NCBI RefSeq assembly: GCF_963921235.1
Contig: NC_086097.1
Location: 161,388,001-161,452,000 of the forward strand
Reading direction: 5' to 3'
Length of the DNA stretch: 64,000 nt
From: Mobula hypostoma
Lineage: Eukaryota
This document shows positions 12,746-25,992 of this stretch, piece by piece. A program made the translations under genes and the position numbers. The notes beneath the pieces were generated by a model. That model did no database searches. It had not been told where the DNA came from and saw nothing but the letters and a program-made list of their open reading frames with translations. Position 1 is the stretch's first letter; every line of letters starts with the position of its first letter.

Positions 12746-14880
12746 ATAAGACATAGGAGCAGAATTGGGCCTGCTCTACTTTTCAATCATGGCTGATCCT
12801 TTTTTCCCCCTCCTCAGTCCCAATCCCCGGCCTTCTCCCCGTAACTCTTGATGCCATGACCAATCAAGAACCTATCAAGCTCTGCCATAATTACACCCAA
12901 TGACCTGGCCTCCACAGCTGCCTGTGGTAATAAATTCCACAAATTCACCACCCTCTGACTAAAGAAATTTCTCCGCATCTCTGTTTTAAATGGATGCCCC
13001 TCTATCCTGAGGCTGTGCCCTCTTGACCTAGACTCCCCCGCCATGGAAAACATCTTTTCCACATTTACTCTGTCTAGGCCTTTTAATATTGGAAAGGTTT
13101 CAATGAGATCCCCCCACATCCCTCTAAATCCCGGTGAGTAGACCCAGAGCTACCAAATGTTCCTCATATGATAACCCTTTCATTCCCAGAATCATCCTTG
13201 TGAACCTCCTCTGAACCCTCTCTAATGCCAGCACATCTTTTCTTAGATGAGGATCCCAAAAATGTTCACAATACTCAAGGTGAGGTCTCACCAGTGCCTT
13301 ATAAAGCCTCAGCATCACATCCCTGCTCTTATTTTGAAATGAATGCTACCATTGCATTTACCTTCCTCACCACTAACATCTACCTGCAAGTTAATCTTTG
13401 GAGTGTTCTGCACAAGGACTCCTAAGTCCCCTTGAAAGGCGGGAGGAGAAGATGGCGACGCAATGCAGCGCGCGCAGCTCTCCGGTGAAATTATATCGTA
13501 TTTGTAAGTAGGATGCCATGCACAATCCTGATTTGATGGAGACAGACGTGAGAAGCACAGAGGAACATCTGGAGAAAGTTCTGAAATGCCCAGTTCGCTG
13601 CCGCTGCTACTGTGCAATCAAGAATCTCCGGAGGGAAGGCCCCAAAATCCCCGGCTTTGCCTGCTGTTGGTGACCGAGGCTAGGGTCAAAGCATTTGGCA
13701 GAGATGGTGTTTGGTACTCGGTGTCAGAGGGCTGGTCAGGGGCTCGAAGTTTTCGGACGACTCAGAGTCAGACTGTGGTCAGGTATGGCAGGGAGAGTTT
13801 TCTTCCTTCTCCCGTCTGCCTGAGATGCGGGACTTTCGAGAGACTTTGAACTTTTTTTACGGTGCCCATGGCCTGTTCTTCATCAAGTTATGGTATTGTT
13901 GCACTGTTGTAATTATATGTTATAATTATGTGGTTTTTGTTAGTTTTTCAGTCTTGGTCTGTCCTGTGTTTCTGTGATATCACACCAGAGGAATATTGTA
14001 TCATTTCTTAATGCATGCATTACTAAATGACAATAAAAGAGGACTGTGTGTCCTCATAATCTAATAATCTAATCTCAGATTTTTTGATTTTCTCCTGTTT
14101 AGAAAATAGTCTGCACATTTATTTCTACTACCAAAGTGCATGGGCATGCATTTTCCAACATTGTATTTCATTTACCACTCTCTTGCCCATTCTCCTAATC
14201 TGTCAAAGTCCTTCAGTAGCCTCATGTGCAGCACTTTGTCAAAGGCCTTCCGAAAATCCAAATATACAACATCCACTACATCCCCTTTATAGATCCTGCT
14301 TGTAATCTCCTCAAATAATTCCATCGGGTCTGGCAGGCAAGATTTTTCTTTAAGGAAACCATGCTGCCTTTTTCCTATCTTGTCCTGTGTCACCAAGTAC
14401 TCCATAACCTCATCCTTAACAATTGACATCTTCCCAACCACTGAGATCAGGCTAACTGGTCTATAATTTCCTTTCTGCTGCCTTTCTCCTTTCTTAAAGA
14501 GTGCAGTGACATTTGTAATTTTCCAATCCTCTGGCACCATGCCAGAGTCCAATGATTTTTGAAAGGTCATTACTAATGCCTCCATAATCTCTACTGCTAT
14601 CTCTTTCAGAACCCTAGGGTGCAGTTCACCTGGTCCGGGTGACTTACGTATCTTGAGGTCTTTCAGTTTTTTGACCACCTTTTCCCTGTATTAGTAACTG
14701 CACCCACTTCTCTTCCCTCACACCTTTCAACATCTGGCACACTGCTAGTGTCTTCCACAGTGAAAACTAATGCAAAATACTCATTTAATTCATCTGCCAT
14801 CTCCTTGTCCCCTGTTATTACTTCTCTAGCCTCATTTTCTAGAGTGTCATCACTTTTTTTTTACATACTTGAGAAAAGCT
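12746..14880 (-). mobile_element. CR1 LINE RT fragment with internal deletion and a nested insertion
   Basis: ORFs 14172..14678 (KSPGPGELHPRVLKE), 13124..13318 and 12814..13119 are CR1 ORF2 pieces. Confidence 0.88.
13433..14075 (+). repeat. Unclassified non-coding retroposon-like insertion with CpG-rich head and (AATCT)n tail
   Basis: Interrupts CR1 sequence. It starts GGAGAAGATGGCG, has AATAAA near its end, and finishes in ATAATCTAATAATCTAATCT. Confidence 0.55.
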
Positions 14881-15796
14881 TTTACAATACACTTTGATCC
14901 CAAAGTAATTGATGGTCAGAAGCACAAATGTCCTAAAAGGGAATAATATTGTAAACTAAAGGCCTGAGTCAAAGGGGAAAAAAGATAAAGTGATGCCAGA
15001 ACAAGATTTTCATTTGAATTTTACAGATATGGTGTTTTCAAGAAGCGATGGGAGGTTCTCAATATGTGGATGAAACAAACAGCATGGAATGCAGTGAATT
15101 TTTAAAATGCCTAATTTGGAAATACTCTATGGTGAAATAACCATGGACCTTTTAAAATTACCATTGATTGGGTCAACGTTAAATGTCCTACATATTAGGT
15201 ACAAAGCCCAATGGCTGAGGCTTCTAAAATCTACACTGACAGTATGTGTTAAGTGTTGTACAAAATGTATTTCTGCATCATTCAGACAGACATGGTTAAG
15301 GAAAGTTACTCGTACAATGAACCCAGAAGTAATGTTCATACTGATTGAGAGAATTAAAGAAGGAACAGTGACCAGCCCAATGATCAATAGTTGGGGTGTA
15401 AAGGAGAACTACTTTTGTGCAAGGTGATGCACCACCAAATTATACAAAATTACATACAAAAGGTGAATGAAATAACATGGATGACTCTCAATCTCACAAG
15501 ATGTAACTAGATGCATGTTCCTCTCTCCTTATATAATAATGGGCACTATACCATTACTAGAAGTTATCACTGTAGAGCAGCACATATTCACATGGTCCCC
15601 TGTATTTTATAGCATGCATGTTTGCATGAATGGGTATATATGGTGGGACTGAAGAAATTGTCTGTGCAATTACCTCATTATGTGGAGCAGTTCAGATATT
15701 CCACACTTACTGGAACACCCAGATGAGTTGATAAGACTGGCTAAACATTAAGAAAAGCATTAGAACATAGGAGGTAAAACGGTGTATGCCAACCAG

Positions 15797-16532
15797 TTCA
15801 ATAGTTCCATTTAATATCAGAGAATGTATACAATATACAACCTGAAATTCTTACTCTCCCCAGACATCCTCCCCAGAAAAAAACCCAAAGAATGAATGAC
15901 AGAAAAATATAAGAACCCCAAAGCCCCTACCCGACTCCCATGCACATGCAGTAGCAAGCAGCATCAACCCTCTCCCCACTTTCTAACATAAAGCATCAGC
16001 ATTCCTATCACGTATGCAAAGTCAAAACCCCCAAAGAGAGATCATAGTTTACAGTCCATCAAAAACTAACTGTTCACTCCAACATTTCAACATTCCACAT
16101 GCTCTCCCTCTCTCTCACTAACAAGGGAGAGACAGATATCGCTCCTTCCACAGCAACAGGGGAGACAGCAGTCACTATTGTGATGTTACAGTCAGTCTGA
16201 AGCTTTGCTTTTTTAATTTGAGTTCCCCCGACTCGAGAATCAGCAAATCAATTACTGAGTGCAGAGCCCTCTGATAGCCACCCTCTTTGTCTTTGATGTT
16301 CCAACTCTCACAACGTTTCAGTATGCAACACCAGTGAGAATTTGTGTCCACATGGCTACACAGGCCCTGAAGGCGTCTGACTTCAGGCCAAACCTGGACA
16401 TGCCGAAATGCGTCGATTGGCGAGCTCCAAGAACAGCAACATGCAGTCATACAGAACAGCATGTTTAGATAGGAATAATTTAACTGTTTCATTAATGAGC
16501 TGGGAGAAGTCATCCTCTGGCACCACCTTTAG
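15797..16532 (-). repeat. Probable unclassified non-autonomous repeat
   Basis: On the minus strand it starts AAGGTGGTGCC and ends with a LINE-like 3' end (GTTGTATATTGTATACATTCTCTGATATTAAATGGAAC). No coding similarity recognised. Confidence 0.35.
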
Positions 16533-17489
16533 CCCCACCTCACTGGCTGATTTAAACTAATTACCTAATGAAGGTACACATTAATTCCAAATTAGACCAA
16601 AATTCCTTTCTTGACATAATGACATGGTAAGAAAGCCAATAAAAAAGGAATTAATGCTGTAGCAATAGGAAATCTGATAAAATATCTTTTAACCTCATAC
16701 ATTAACTCAGTTTCCTTCCCCATACATGCTTCCTGATCTCAGTCCAGCAATCTTATGTTTCTATTTGACATTTGCAGGACCAGTATTATTTCATCTTTGT
16801 ATTATATAAAGGAGTTTGGGGCTTTGATTATTACTTAACTATTGGCCCAAAAACTTAATGGAGATTGCTGTGTTCCTGAAAGGTGATAGTTAAATGCAAA
16901 CCTGTGACCTTTCTCAGCTATATTTTTTGATTCTTTACACAAATGAGAAGCACTCATAATGACACTAGTCAGGTAGCTGGCTTCCCTTCTCACCTTGGTT
17001 ACTGTCCACATGGAATTTGCATGTTCTCCCCATGACTGCATCGATTTCCGTCAGATGATCTGATTTCCCATACCTCCTAAAAATTTAATTGGGTATTCTT
17101 AAGTTACCTCTTAGTATAGCTAACTTGTGAGAGAATTAAAGGGTGGTTAAGGAACATGTGAGGAAGAATAAATTGCAAAGTAACAGAACAATAAGGAGAG
17201 ATTTTGATGATATTGAGTGAATTAGTAAAGTTAAGCATTGTTAAATTAAGTGAAATGAGCAAATCTTAAACTTAGCTGGAATACTTTATTCCTATACATA
17301 AATTAAAATAACTATAAATCATAATTAATTCTACTTTTATATGATTATTAATATGTGCTTTTGCCATGCCCACACAGCAAGTGCCAATTATTACATATTG
17401 CTCCTGAACTGAAAGCCTGATGGGTATCTCAGCAAGCACTTCAAAGTCGAACACATGACTGTGTCTGGAGTTGCGTTTAGGTATACACA

Positions 17490-18005
17490 GCAGTATAAGC
17501 ATTGGTGAGACCACACTTGGAGTATTGTATGTAGTTCTGATCACCATACTATAGACAAGATGTGATTAGGTTACGAAGATGCACAAAAGATTCACAAGGA
17601 TGTTGCCAGTATTGGAGAGCTTCAGTTATGAGGACAGACCAGATAGGCTAGGATGGTTTTCCCTAGAGTATAGGAGGCTGAAGGGTGACATTATAGAGAT
17701 AGAAAAATCATGAGGGACTTAGATAAGGCTCTTTTACCCAGGGGAGGCAAGTCTAATAAAAAATGAGAGTGGAAATTTAGAGAGAAGGAAGATTTAAAGG
17801 GGGCTTAAGAGAGAAACTTTTCAAACAGAGGTTAGTAGTTGTGTAGAATAAGCTGCCAGAAGAAGAGGTAGAAACAGGAACTATTACAATACTTAAAAGA
17901 CATTTGGGCAGGTACATGGATAGAAAAGGTTTAGAGGTATATAGTTGGCATGGATAAGTTGGATGAAGGGCTACTTTCCATGTTGTAAAACTCTATGACT
18001 CTAAT
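17490..18005 (+). mobile_element. Old CR1 3' fragment
   Basis: TTGGTGAGACCACACTTGGAGTATTGT (LVRPHLEYC); CTCTATGACTCTA tail. Confidence 0.75.
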
Positions 18006-18284
18006 TCTCTACTTTGAAGGACATTAGTTAGCCAGATAGATATTTAAAACAATTACTGTCACTGTTGCTAATATTAGCTTTAAAATATTTATTTAATTAC
18101 TTATACTTACACTTCCCTGCCATTATGGAATTTGAATATGTTTCAATGTTGATGATCCTAACTTCCGATTACAGTATGCTGCCATTCCCTAAAAGATGCC
18201 CTTTCCTTCAATCAATGAAAATAACAGGAAAAATCAGAGCATCTGTGGATGTAAGCCTATGACAAAAATAAACTTAAACTAGAA

Positions 18285-19473
18285 AGTAGAACCTACAACA
18301 GGACAGCACAGTTTGGCCGTTTCAGCCCATGATGTCTGTGCCAACCATGATGCCAATTTAAACTTACCCACACTGACTGGACATGGGTCTACTTCCCTCC
18401 AACCCCTGCCTGTTCATATACCTACCCAAAAGCTTCTTACATGTTGGCATATCTGCTTCCACCACCTCCCCTGGCAGCACATTTCAAGAACCTATCATTC
18501 TCTGTTTAAAACAATAAATGCCCCACTAATCTCCTTTAAACTTTCCCTCTCACCTTAAATCTATGCCTTGTAGTATTTGAAATTTCCATCCTAGAGAAGA
18601 AGGTTCTGACCATCTACCCTATCTATACCTGTCATAATTTTATATATTCCCATCAGGTCAGCATCTCAGCCTCCACCATTCCAGAGAAAACAATTTAAGT
18701 TTGTGCAACTCCTCCTTGTAATGAATACACCCCTTCAATCATCAAGCTCTTGAATGAGTAGGGATAACTTTGTTCAACTTCACTCACCCCATCACTGAAC
18801 TGTCCCCACAGCCTATGGACTCACTTTCAAGTGCTCTTCATCTCATGTTCTCAATATTTTTTTTTCTCTATTATATTTGTACAGTTTGTCTTTTGCACAT
18901 TGGTTGTTGATCAGCCCTATTGTGTGCAGTGTCTCATTGATTCTATTATGGTTCTTGGATTTATTGAGTATACCCACTAGGAAACAAATCTCAGGGTTGT
19001 ACAAATTTACTTAGAATAGTCTTTAATCTGGGCAAAATCCTGGTAAATCCCCTCGAATCCTTTCTGTAAGAAGGCACCCAAAACTGCAAACAATACTCAG
19101 AATGTGGCCAAGCTAAAGTTTATATGATTGCAACATCTCAACTTGTAAACTCAGTGCCCCAACCAATGAACATAACATAATATGCCTTCTTTATTACCCA
19201 ATGGGCTTGTGTTGCCACTTTCAGAGAGCTATGGACTTGTACTATATTCCTTTGTGCATCCTCAGGGCCTTACCACTTACTCTTATATTTAATCTCCCTG
19301 ACTGCAACACTTCACAACTTGTCCAGATTAAACTCCATTTGAAATTTCTCCACCCATATTTCTAACGGATCCACATTCTGCTTAAACCTTTTTCACCCAT
19401 GTCCACTTTCTGCAACCCTGCCAACGTCTGTGTATCTGCAAATTACTAATCATCCCACCTACATTTTTGTCCA

Positions 19474-19521
<48 letters not shown>

Positions 19522-19620
19522 CAAACAACAGAGGTCTCCAGCACTGGTCACAGACCACAAGTCAAAATAATACCCCCTGCTACTTCCCTCTTCTTTCTAT
19601 GGCCAAGCAAATTTTTAATC
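18285..19620 (-). mobile_element. Old CR1 fragment with a nested LINE 3' piece (about 18740-19005)
   Basis: Sequence similarity to the minus-strand CR1 3' regions elsewhere in the window; heavily decayed. Confidence 0.6.
19476..19519. repeat. (GT)22 microsatellite
   Basis: Direct reading of the sequence. Confidence 0.98.
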
Positions 19621-21359
19621 CATCTCTGAAAATATACCCATACCAACTCATTTTGTGCTTGTTTACAATTCTGTTGTCTACATAATTTACAATTGTGATT
19701 TATTATTGGTCAATTTTAAAATTACCATAGTTGTGTTCAGATCATGGGTTTGATTTATGTCCATGGTGGTTCGCTTCCCTAATATTTTATCTGTATCCCA
19801 CGTTGGTGGTGGCATCTGTTAGTCTCGTGAGACCATGGATCTGCACCTGGAAAGTCTGTGTTCGTGGTGAGGCGATGCTGGAATGTCCTCTCCAGGGTGC
19901 AGACCTGGGCAAGGTTGTATGGAAGACCGACAGTTGCCCATGCAGCAAGTGTCCCCTCTCCACGACACCAATGTTGTCAAAGGGAAGGGCAAGGGCCGAT
20001 ACAGATTTGCACCAGTGCCGTTGCAGAAGTTGCCAGAACAAGGTTGAAGGCAATGTTGGACTGCCTTAGGGACTCCAGCTCTGGATTTGTCCTCAAGTTT
20101 TACTCCCGAAGCCTCTCCCATGAGTGGGTATGGCCGCAAGGCAGTGCAGGTTTGAAATCAGAGTTTTCCCTCTCTTAGATGGACTGCCTTCCCAGGCTGA
20201 CGAGCTCCATCTACCCGAAGCACTGGTTTTAAGGCTCCAGGACTTGCCTTTGCTCCTTCTCTTGTCAGTAGAAACAGTTCTGCCAGGCTTAAAGGCTAAA
20301 CCACATGAGAAGACCAGGAGTTGGACTTGGTTCAGAGGCTATTTGAGGCACATGCTGTGAGGAGCACTTTTTGTCCCCACTACCACTCCTCGGCTTGACA
20401 ACCTTGGAATCAATATCCCACCTTACATCTATACTAAATCTTCCTCATCCGACCCACTGCCCATCCTGTTTTTCGTCTCCAATAAAAGTGTTACCTTTAG
20501 TTATGTCTTTTCACTTCTCACCCCGTTATGTTACTCCTTAAAATCTAAATCTACCACTGGATTGTCTGTGCCATTCGTTAAATCTGTCTCACGATGTTCT
20601 TATAAAGTGCTATCTCGTAGTGTAAAATACACTGCAAGAGCGATGTTGACTCCACTGCACTTTGGCACATGATGTATCAGCAGGAGGTAATGCACTGGAG
20701 AAAGATATGATCACAAAAATTAGGAAGTCATAGTGCCCAGATGTGGAGAGTCATTTTATTGACATACAGAACAAGGCAGCCCTTCTGGCCCTTTGAGCCA
20801 CGCCGCCTAGCAGTCACCCAGTTTTGTCATAGCCTAATCACAGGATAATTTATAATGACCAATTAACCTACCAACCGATCGTAATTCCTAAATGGAGGAT
20901 GAGTCTTCAAAAAGAAGATAAGTATTTTGCCAGCAGATGTCAACACAAGAGAAATATGATTACATTATAAGGTTTAAATAATTGACCAACTTCTTGTAAG
21001 CAGAATGGCTGCCAGCCTCTTGTCCCTTAAAAAAATATTATTTACAGGATGAGTACAGCATTTACTAGATCTAGAGTTAGTAATGGTGAACTATCATTGT
21101 GAACAAAAAAAAAATTGCTGGAAGAACTCAGTGGATTAGGCAGCATCTGTGGAGTCATAGGGTTACAGAGCAACACAGCATAGATTCAGACCTTTTGGCA
21201 TAACCAGCCTATGCCAATCACATCATCCATCCAATTAACCCCACTTCAGCCCATATCCCTCCAATCTTCACCCCAACATGTACCTATCCATTTTAGTTCT
21301 TCTTCAATGATGTGACTGTACCTTCCTCAACTACTGCCTGTTTTTTATTTTAGTGTTTT

Positions 21360-21616
21360 ATTTATTAAGATACAATGTAGAATAGGCCCTTCCAGCCCTT
21401 CGGACCGTGCCACCCAGCGACCCCCGACAATTTACAATCATCAATTAACCTATAAACCAGTATACGTTTAGACTGTGAGAGGAAACCAGAGTGCCCAGAG
21501 GAACCCTATGCATTCATGGTGAGAACATACAAACTCATTACAGAGAGGGGAGTTGAACCCAGGTCACTGGTACTGTAAAGTGTTGAGCTGACCGCTACGC
21601 TACACCGTACCACCCC
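21360..21616 (-). mobile_element. tRNA-derived SINE (HE1/V-SINE-like) with CR1-like tail
   Basis: The minus-strand head has Pol III A box TAGCGTAGCGG and B box GGTTCAACTCC. Related partial copies at about 20765-20880 and 46495-46715. Confidence 0.75.
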
Positions 21617-22689
21617 TTGGCAGTAGGCAAGGTGGTGGGTTGAGGTTGTCTGGGAACCTGGAGTTAATGTGTACCGTTACCAGTCTCTTGAAGCGCTTCA
21701 TGGTGGCAGATGTCACAGCCACCAGGTGGTAGTCAATAAGGTATATTTTGAGGTACTGGGATGAGAGTGGTCTTAAAGCAGCTGGGAAAGTCAGATTGAA
21801 GCTGGGACAGGCTATGCAGAATGGACCAAGCACTGCTAATTTTTGGAAGGTACTACCTCCATTTACAACTGAACAAATATTCAATACAAATATTGGCAAA
21901 ATAACTATCATATATACTCTTCTAGAAGTAAACTTTTTTTCCATTATGCTGAAGGAGATAGCAACAATTGTTGAATTCCTTTAAAAGCAACACTTTCCAA
22001 TGTACCTCTCAGAGGGTCATGACACTACCAAGAGCAACCTAGTTGAAAACCTGAGGTGAAAACATACACTGAAAGGGGGAGTGGAGGTAGCGAGGAAGGC
22101 AGAAGAGACAATAGGAGGAGTGAGGGAGAAGGGCACTGTTTGTTGTGGGTGGCACATGCAGAGGGTAAAAGCGAAAGAATGGGGAAGTAAGAATGGGAGC
22201 AGAGGATGGGGAGAGGAAGGTTGCCAACTAGATAAAGGGTAGAGAAAAAAGATGACAAACAGCTAGAGGAGAATGAGAGGATGCTGCTGGTGGAGAGGGA
22301 AAGAGGTGGAGGAGAAGACCAAAGTGGTTAAGTGAAAAAGTATTGGAAGGAAAAAAACAGGGAAAGGAGGTAAGGCAGGGGTTAGAGGAAATGATGTTGA
22401 AGATATGGAGAAATGTGGTAAAAAGGTGACAGGATCAGGAGTTGGGGACCAGGGCCTGACAAGAAGTAAATTTATATAGGTTGGCACAATATCATGGGTC
22501 AAAGGGCTATACCATTCTATGCTTTATAAGTTGAAATGGACGAGCAGTAGAGGACAGAGAGATTGGGATGTGGGAAGAAGGGGAAGACCAGAAACAAAAT
22601 AGCTGGTTAAGGGGATACTGGAAGCAGGGTAAGCAGAATATCATAACGAGATAAAAAAATATATATTTTGGGACATGTCTATTCCCCAA

Positions 22690-22870
22690 TTATTAGTCAG
22701 TCGTTAAGTCTAGTCTGACTCGTCCCCCCTTCGTGATACAGAAGTAGACTGCCAGGCCTTTCTTCCGCACAGATACTGCTACTATCCAGGTTGGGGCCTG
22801 GCTGGGTTTGAACTCAAGACCATCTGCCTTAAAAGTCCAGTGCCAACGCCACTACACCATCAGTTGGCCC
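22690..22870 (-). mobile_element. Short tRNA-derived SINE of a different family
   Basis: Minus strand reads GGGCCAACTGA, A box TGGTGTAGTGG, B box GAGTTCAAACC. CTATTC is present on both flanks. Confidence 0.65.
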
Positions 22871-23339
22871 CTATTCTCGATACTGTGGTTTAAAGAAGGG
22901 GGGAGGGGGGAAGGAGGGTATATAAACACTTAAAACTCCATTGTTTAGATGGCTAGCAGTTTAATGCTAAGGGGGGGGGGAAGAAATGAGGTCTAAGGTA
23001 AAGACGGTAAACCGACGACGCAGTTCCAAGTTCTTTTTGACATTGTGAGGTGTGTCAATAAGGAAAGGAATAGGAAAGAGGTTGGTGAGGAAATAGAGGA
23101 GGAAGAAACTATGTGAGAGAGCTGGGCTGGAAGAGTCTAAGCAAGGACCTCCCAACCTGAGATCCACGGACCGTTCGGTTAATAGTAGGGATTCATGGCA
23201 TTAAAAAAAAAGTTGGGAACACCTGATAACATCGAGGGTAGGGAAAGGTGAACACGCCTGCGTCCCACCAAGGCTCCGAGGCTGGCGCTCGTCACCGGAA
23301 GTTGTCGTTAACGGCTGATTCTTCTCTTTAAAAATCCTC

Positions 23340-23513
23340 CCCCAGCGCTGCCAGAGCCAGTAAACGGAGGGTGCGCCGTTAAGCTCGGTACTGAGCGCGG
23401 CCACCACAGCAACCCACTGTTCAGCGAGCTGAGCCGGCCCGGCACGGCACAGCAACGGACGGACGACCGTCGGAGGCCACCCCGCTGCTTTACCTGTCCG
23501 TCCGCGTGAAGAG
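23340..23513 (+). other. slc45a4: Putative slc45a4 first (5'UTR) exon; start approximate
   Basis: GC-rich and AUG-free. Ends in the donor-like GAG|GTGGGA (GT 23514-23515). Alternative donors at 23529|30 and 23532|33 cannot be excluded. Confidence 0.55.
23455..23513 (+). CDS. Putative non-AUG uORF, part 1: (M)DGRPSEATPLLYLSVRVKR
   Basis: ACG at 23455 with G at -3 and G at +4. The frame is open across the predicted splice to 56123. Confidence 0.45.
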
Positions 23514-23625
23514 GTGGGAGATCCGCAAGGTGGTAAAGGAGAGGAGTGGGGAAGATAGGGTGACATCGCGACTATCGGATGCTCGAGCGGAAGGGTGCAG
23601 GTCGGCTGGTGGCAGGTGGGAGGAT

Positions 23626-24340
23626 GGGTTAGATCAGAGAGCGGCATGGGGGGGTTAGATCAGAGAGCGATATTGAATCAGAGAGCGATATTGAGGGGGG
23701 TTTAGATCAGAGAGCGATATTGAGGGGGGTTTAGATCAGAGAACGATATTGAGGGGGTTAGATCAGAGAGCGGTATTGAGGGGGGGTTAGATCAGAGAGC
23801 GGTATTGAGGGGGGGTTAGATCAGAGAGCGATATTGAGGGGGGTTTAGATCAGAGAGCGATATTGAGGGGGGGTTTAGATCAGAGAGCGATATTGAGGGG
23901 GTTAGATCAGAGAGCGGTATTGAGGGGGGGTTAGATCAGAGAGTGGCATGGGGGGGTTAGATCAGAGAGCGATATTGAGGGGGGTTTAGATCAGAGAGCG
24001 ATATTGAGGGGGGTTTAGATCAGAGAGCGGTATTGAGGGGGGGTTAGATCAGAGAGCGGTATTGAGGGGGGGTTAGATCAGAGAGTGGCATGGGGGGGTT
24101 AGATCAGAGAGCGATATTGAGGGGGGTTTAGATCAGAGAGCGGCATGGGGGGGTTAGATCAGAGAGCGATATTGAGGGGGGTTTAGATCAGAGAGCAGTA
24201 TTGGGGGGTTTAGATCAGAGAGCGGTATTGAGGGGGGGTTTAGATCAGAGAGCGGCGTTGAGGAGGGGTTAGATCAGAGAGCGGCGTTGAGGGGGGGATT
24301 AGATTAGAGAGCAGCGTTCTGGGGGTTTTAGATCAGAGCA
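23626..24340 (+). repeat. G-rich minisatellite A, unit of about 29-30 bp GGGGGGTTAGATCAGAGAGCGATATTGA, more than 20 copies
   Basis: Direct tandem repeats with variable G-run length. Confidence 0.95.
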
Positions 24341-24399
24341 GTGTTGGGGTGAAGGTTGGGGCAGAGCACGGCATGAGGGGAGGTTTAGGTCAGAGAGCG

Positions 24400-25122
24400 G
24401 CATTCTGAGGGGGTTTAGAGCGGGGTGTAGGGTCGTGGGCGGGGGTTAGAGCTGGGCGGGGGTTAGAGCGGGGTGTGGGGTCGTGGGCGGGGGATAGAGC
24501 GGGGTGTGGGGTCGTGGGCAGGGTGTGGGGTCGTGGGCGGGGGTTAGAGCGTGGGCGGGGGTTGGAGCAGGGTGTGGTATCGTGGGCGGGCGTTAGAGCG
24601 GGTTGTGGTATCGTGGGCGGGCGTTAGAGCGGGGTGTGGGGGTCGTGGGCCAGGGTTAGAGCAGGGTGTTGGTTTGTGGGTGGGGGTTAGGGCAGGGTTT
24701 GGGGTCACGGGGGTGTTAGAGCGGGGTGTGGGGTCGAGGGCGGGGGTTAGAGCGGGGTGTGGTATCGTGGGCGGGGGTTAGAGCAGGGTGTGGGGTCGTG
24801 GGCGGGGGTTAGAGCAGGGTGTAGGGTCGTGGGCGGGTGTTAGGGCAGGGTGTGGTATCGTGGGCGGGTGTTAGGGCAGGGTTTGGGGTCACGGGGGGGT
24901 TAGAGCAAGGTGTGGGGTCGTGGGTGGGGGTTAGGGCAGGGTGTGGGGTCGTGGGCGGGCGTTAGAGTGGGGTGTGGGGTCGTGGGTGGGGGTTAGAGCA
25001 GGGTGTGGGGTCGTGGGCGGGGGGTAGAGCGGGGTGTGGGGTCGTGGGCGGGGGTTAGAGTGGGGTGTGGGGTCATGGGCAGGGGTTATAGCAGGGTGTG
25101 GGGTCACGGGGGGGTTAGAGCA
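24400..25122 (+). repeat. G-rich minisatellite B, unit of about 29 bp GGGGTTAGAGCGGGGTGTGGGGTCGTGGGC
   Basis: Direct tandem repeats; shares the GGGGTTAGA core with array A. Confidence 0.93.
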
Positions 25123-25992
25123 GAGTGCGGAATCAGGGAAGGAGAGCAATCATGGTAGAGAATAAGAATGTCCAGTGGGGGTGGGGCATTGTGGGTACTG
25201 TTTCAGGGTGGTGGGGGCTTACGGGGGACTGGATCAGGGGGTGTTGAGGGGGCTAGAGCAGCGTGGGGGGATGTTGGGGGAATTGAGCCAGGGTACAGGG
25301 TATATGGGTTGAGGGGAACTGGAGCAGGGTGGGTGGGGGTTGCGTGGCAAGTGGGGTTTGGGGGGGAGTGGTGGGGGTCTGGAGCAGGGTGGGGGTGTTG
25401 AAGGGGACTAGCACAGTAGGGAGGGAGGTTTGAGAGGGGATTTGAGCTCAGTAGGGAGTAGAGCAGAGCAGAGCAGAAGAGTGAAGTTTGGGGATAGCTG
25501 GAAAAGAAACAGATTTGCTATGGGAGGCTGTCGGAGAAGCGGTGCACTTCAGATGGTGTATGTGAATTGGGGTGGATGTGTTAAGTAGAGGGCGGCTATA
25601 GGAGAGTGGGTTGTGGAGATGAGTGGGATGGGATGTAGGAGGATGGAAGCTGTTGTGAGAGAAGGGGAGTCGTAAGGCTGGAGGGTCAAGTTTTGGGGCA
25701 GGGCGGGCCAAAGGATGAAGTCAGTAGGGGGGAATGAGACCTAAGGGAGTTGGCAGCTGGGGCTCTAAAGCTGGCAGATGGAGTGGAATAGGTGGCGGAG
25801 ATGTTGCAACAGAAGGTGAAGGAGAGAAGAGGAACGAAGGATGGATGCAGATTTGCTGGGCAGGGTATAGAAGTCTGCTGCAAAAATGCGACAGTGTACC
25901 AGGATAGTGTGTGATGGGTACATCAGCTGGATGGGGGTGGGGGCAGTGAAAGGTTGATGGCTTATCATGAAGCGAGCTGCAGACTTTTTCAG

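Larger units (their letters stand above)
23250..23600 (+). promoter_or_regulatory. CpG island, probable slc45a4 promoter
   Basis: The main non-repeat CpG-dense stretch in the window. ETS/GABP-type motif ACCGGAAGT at 23294-23302 and TTTAAAA at about 23327. It lies upstream of, and on the same strand as, the slc45a4 coding exon. Confidence 0.7.

Noticed and set aside
19795..20410. GC-richer block with several overlapping ORFs as a host exon
   Set aside because: No recognisable protein. It looks like a repeat-derived UTR that I cannot classify.
21540..21616. tRNA gene
   Set aside because: A and B boxes are present, but the sequence continues into a SINE core and tail and no convincing cloverleaf forms.
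23201..23647. 148-aa minus-strand ORF over the CpG island
   Set aside because: It starts within the minisatellite, is open because of high GC content, and has no recognisable homology.
23626..24340. CRISPR-like array or telomeric repeat
   Set aside because: No unique spacers and a eukaryotic context. GGGTTAG occurs only once per unit of about 29 bp, not as tandem TTAGGG.
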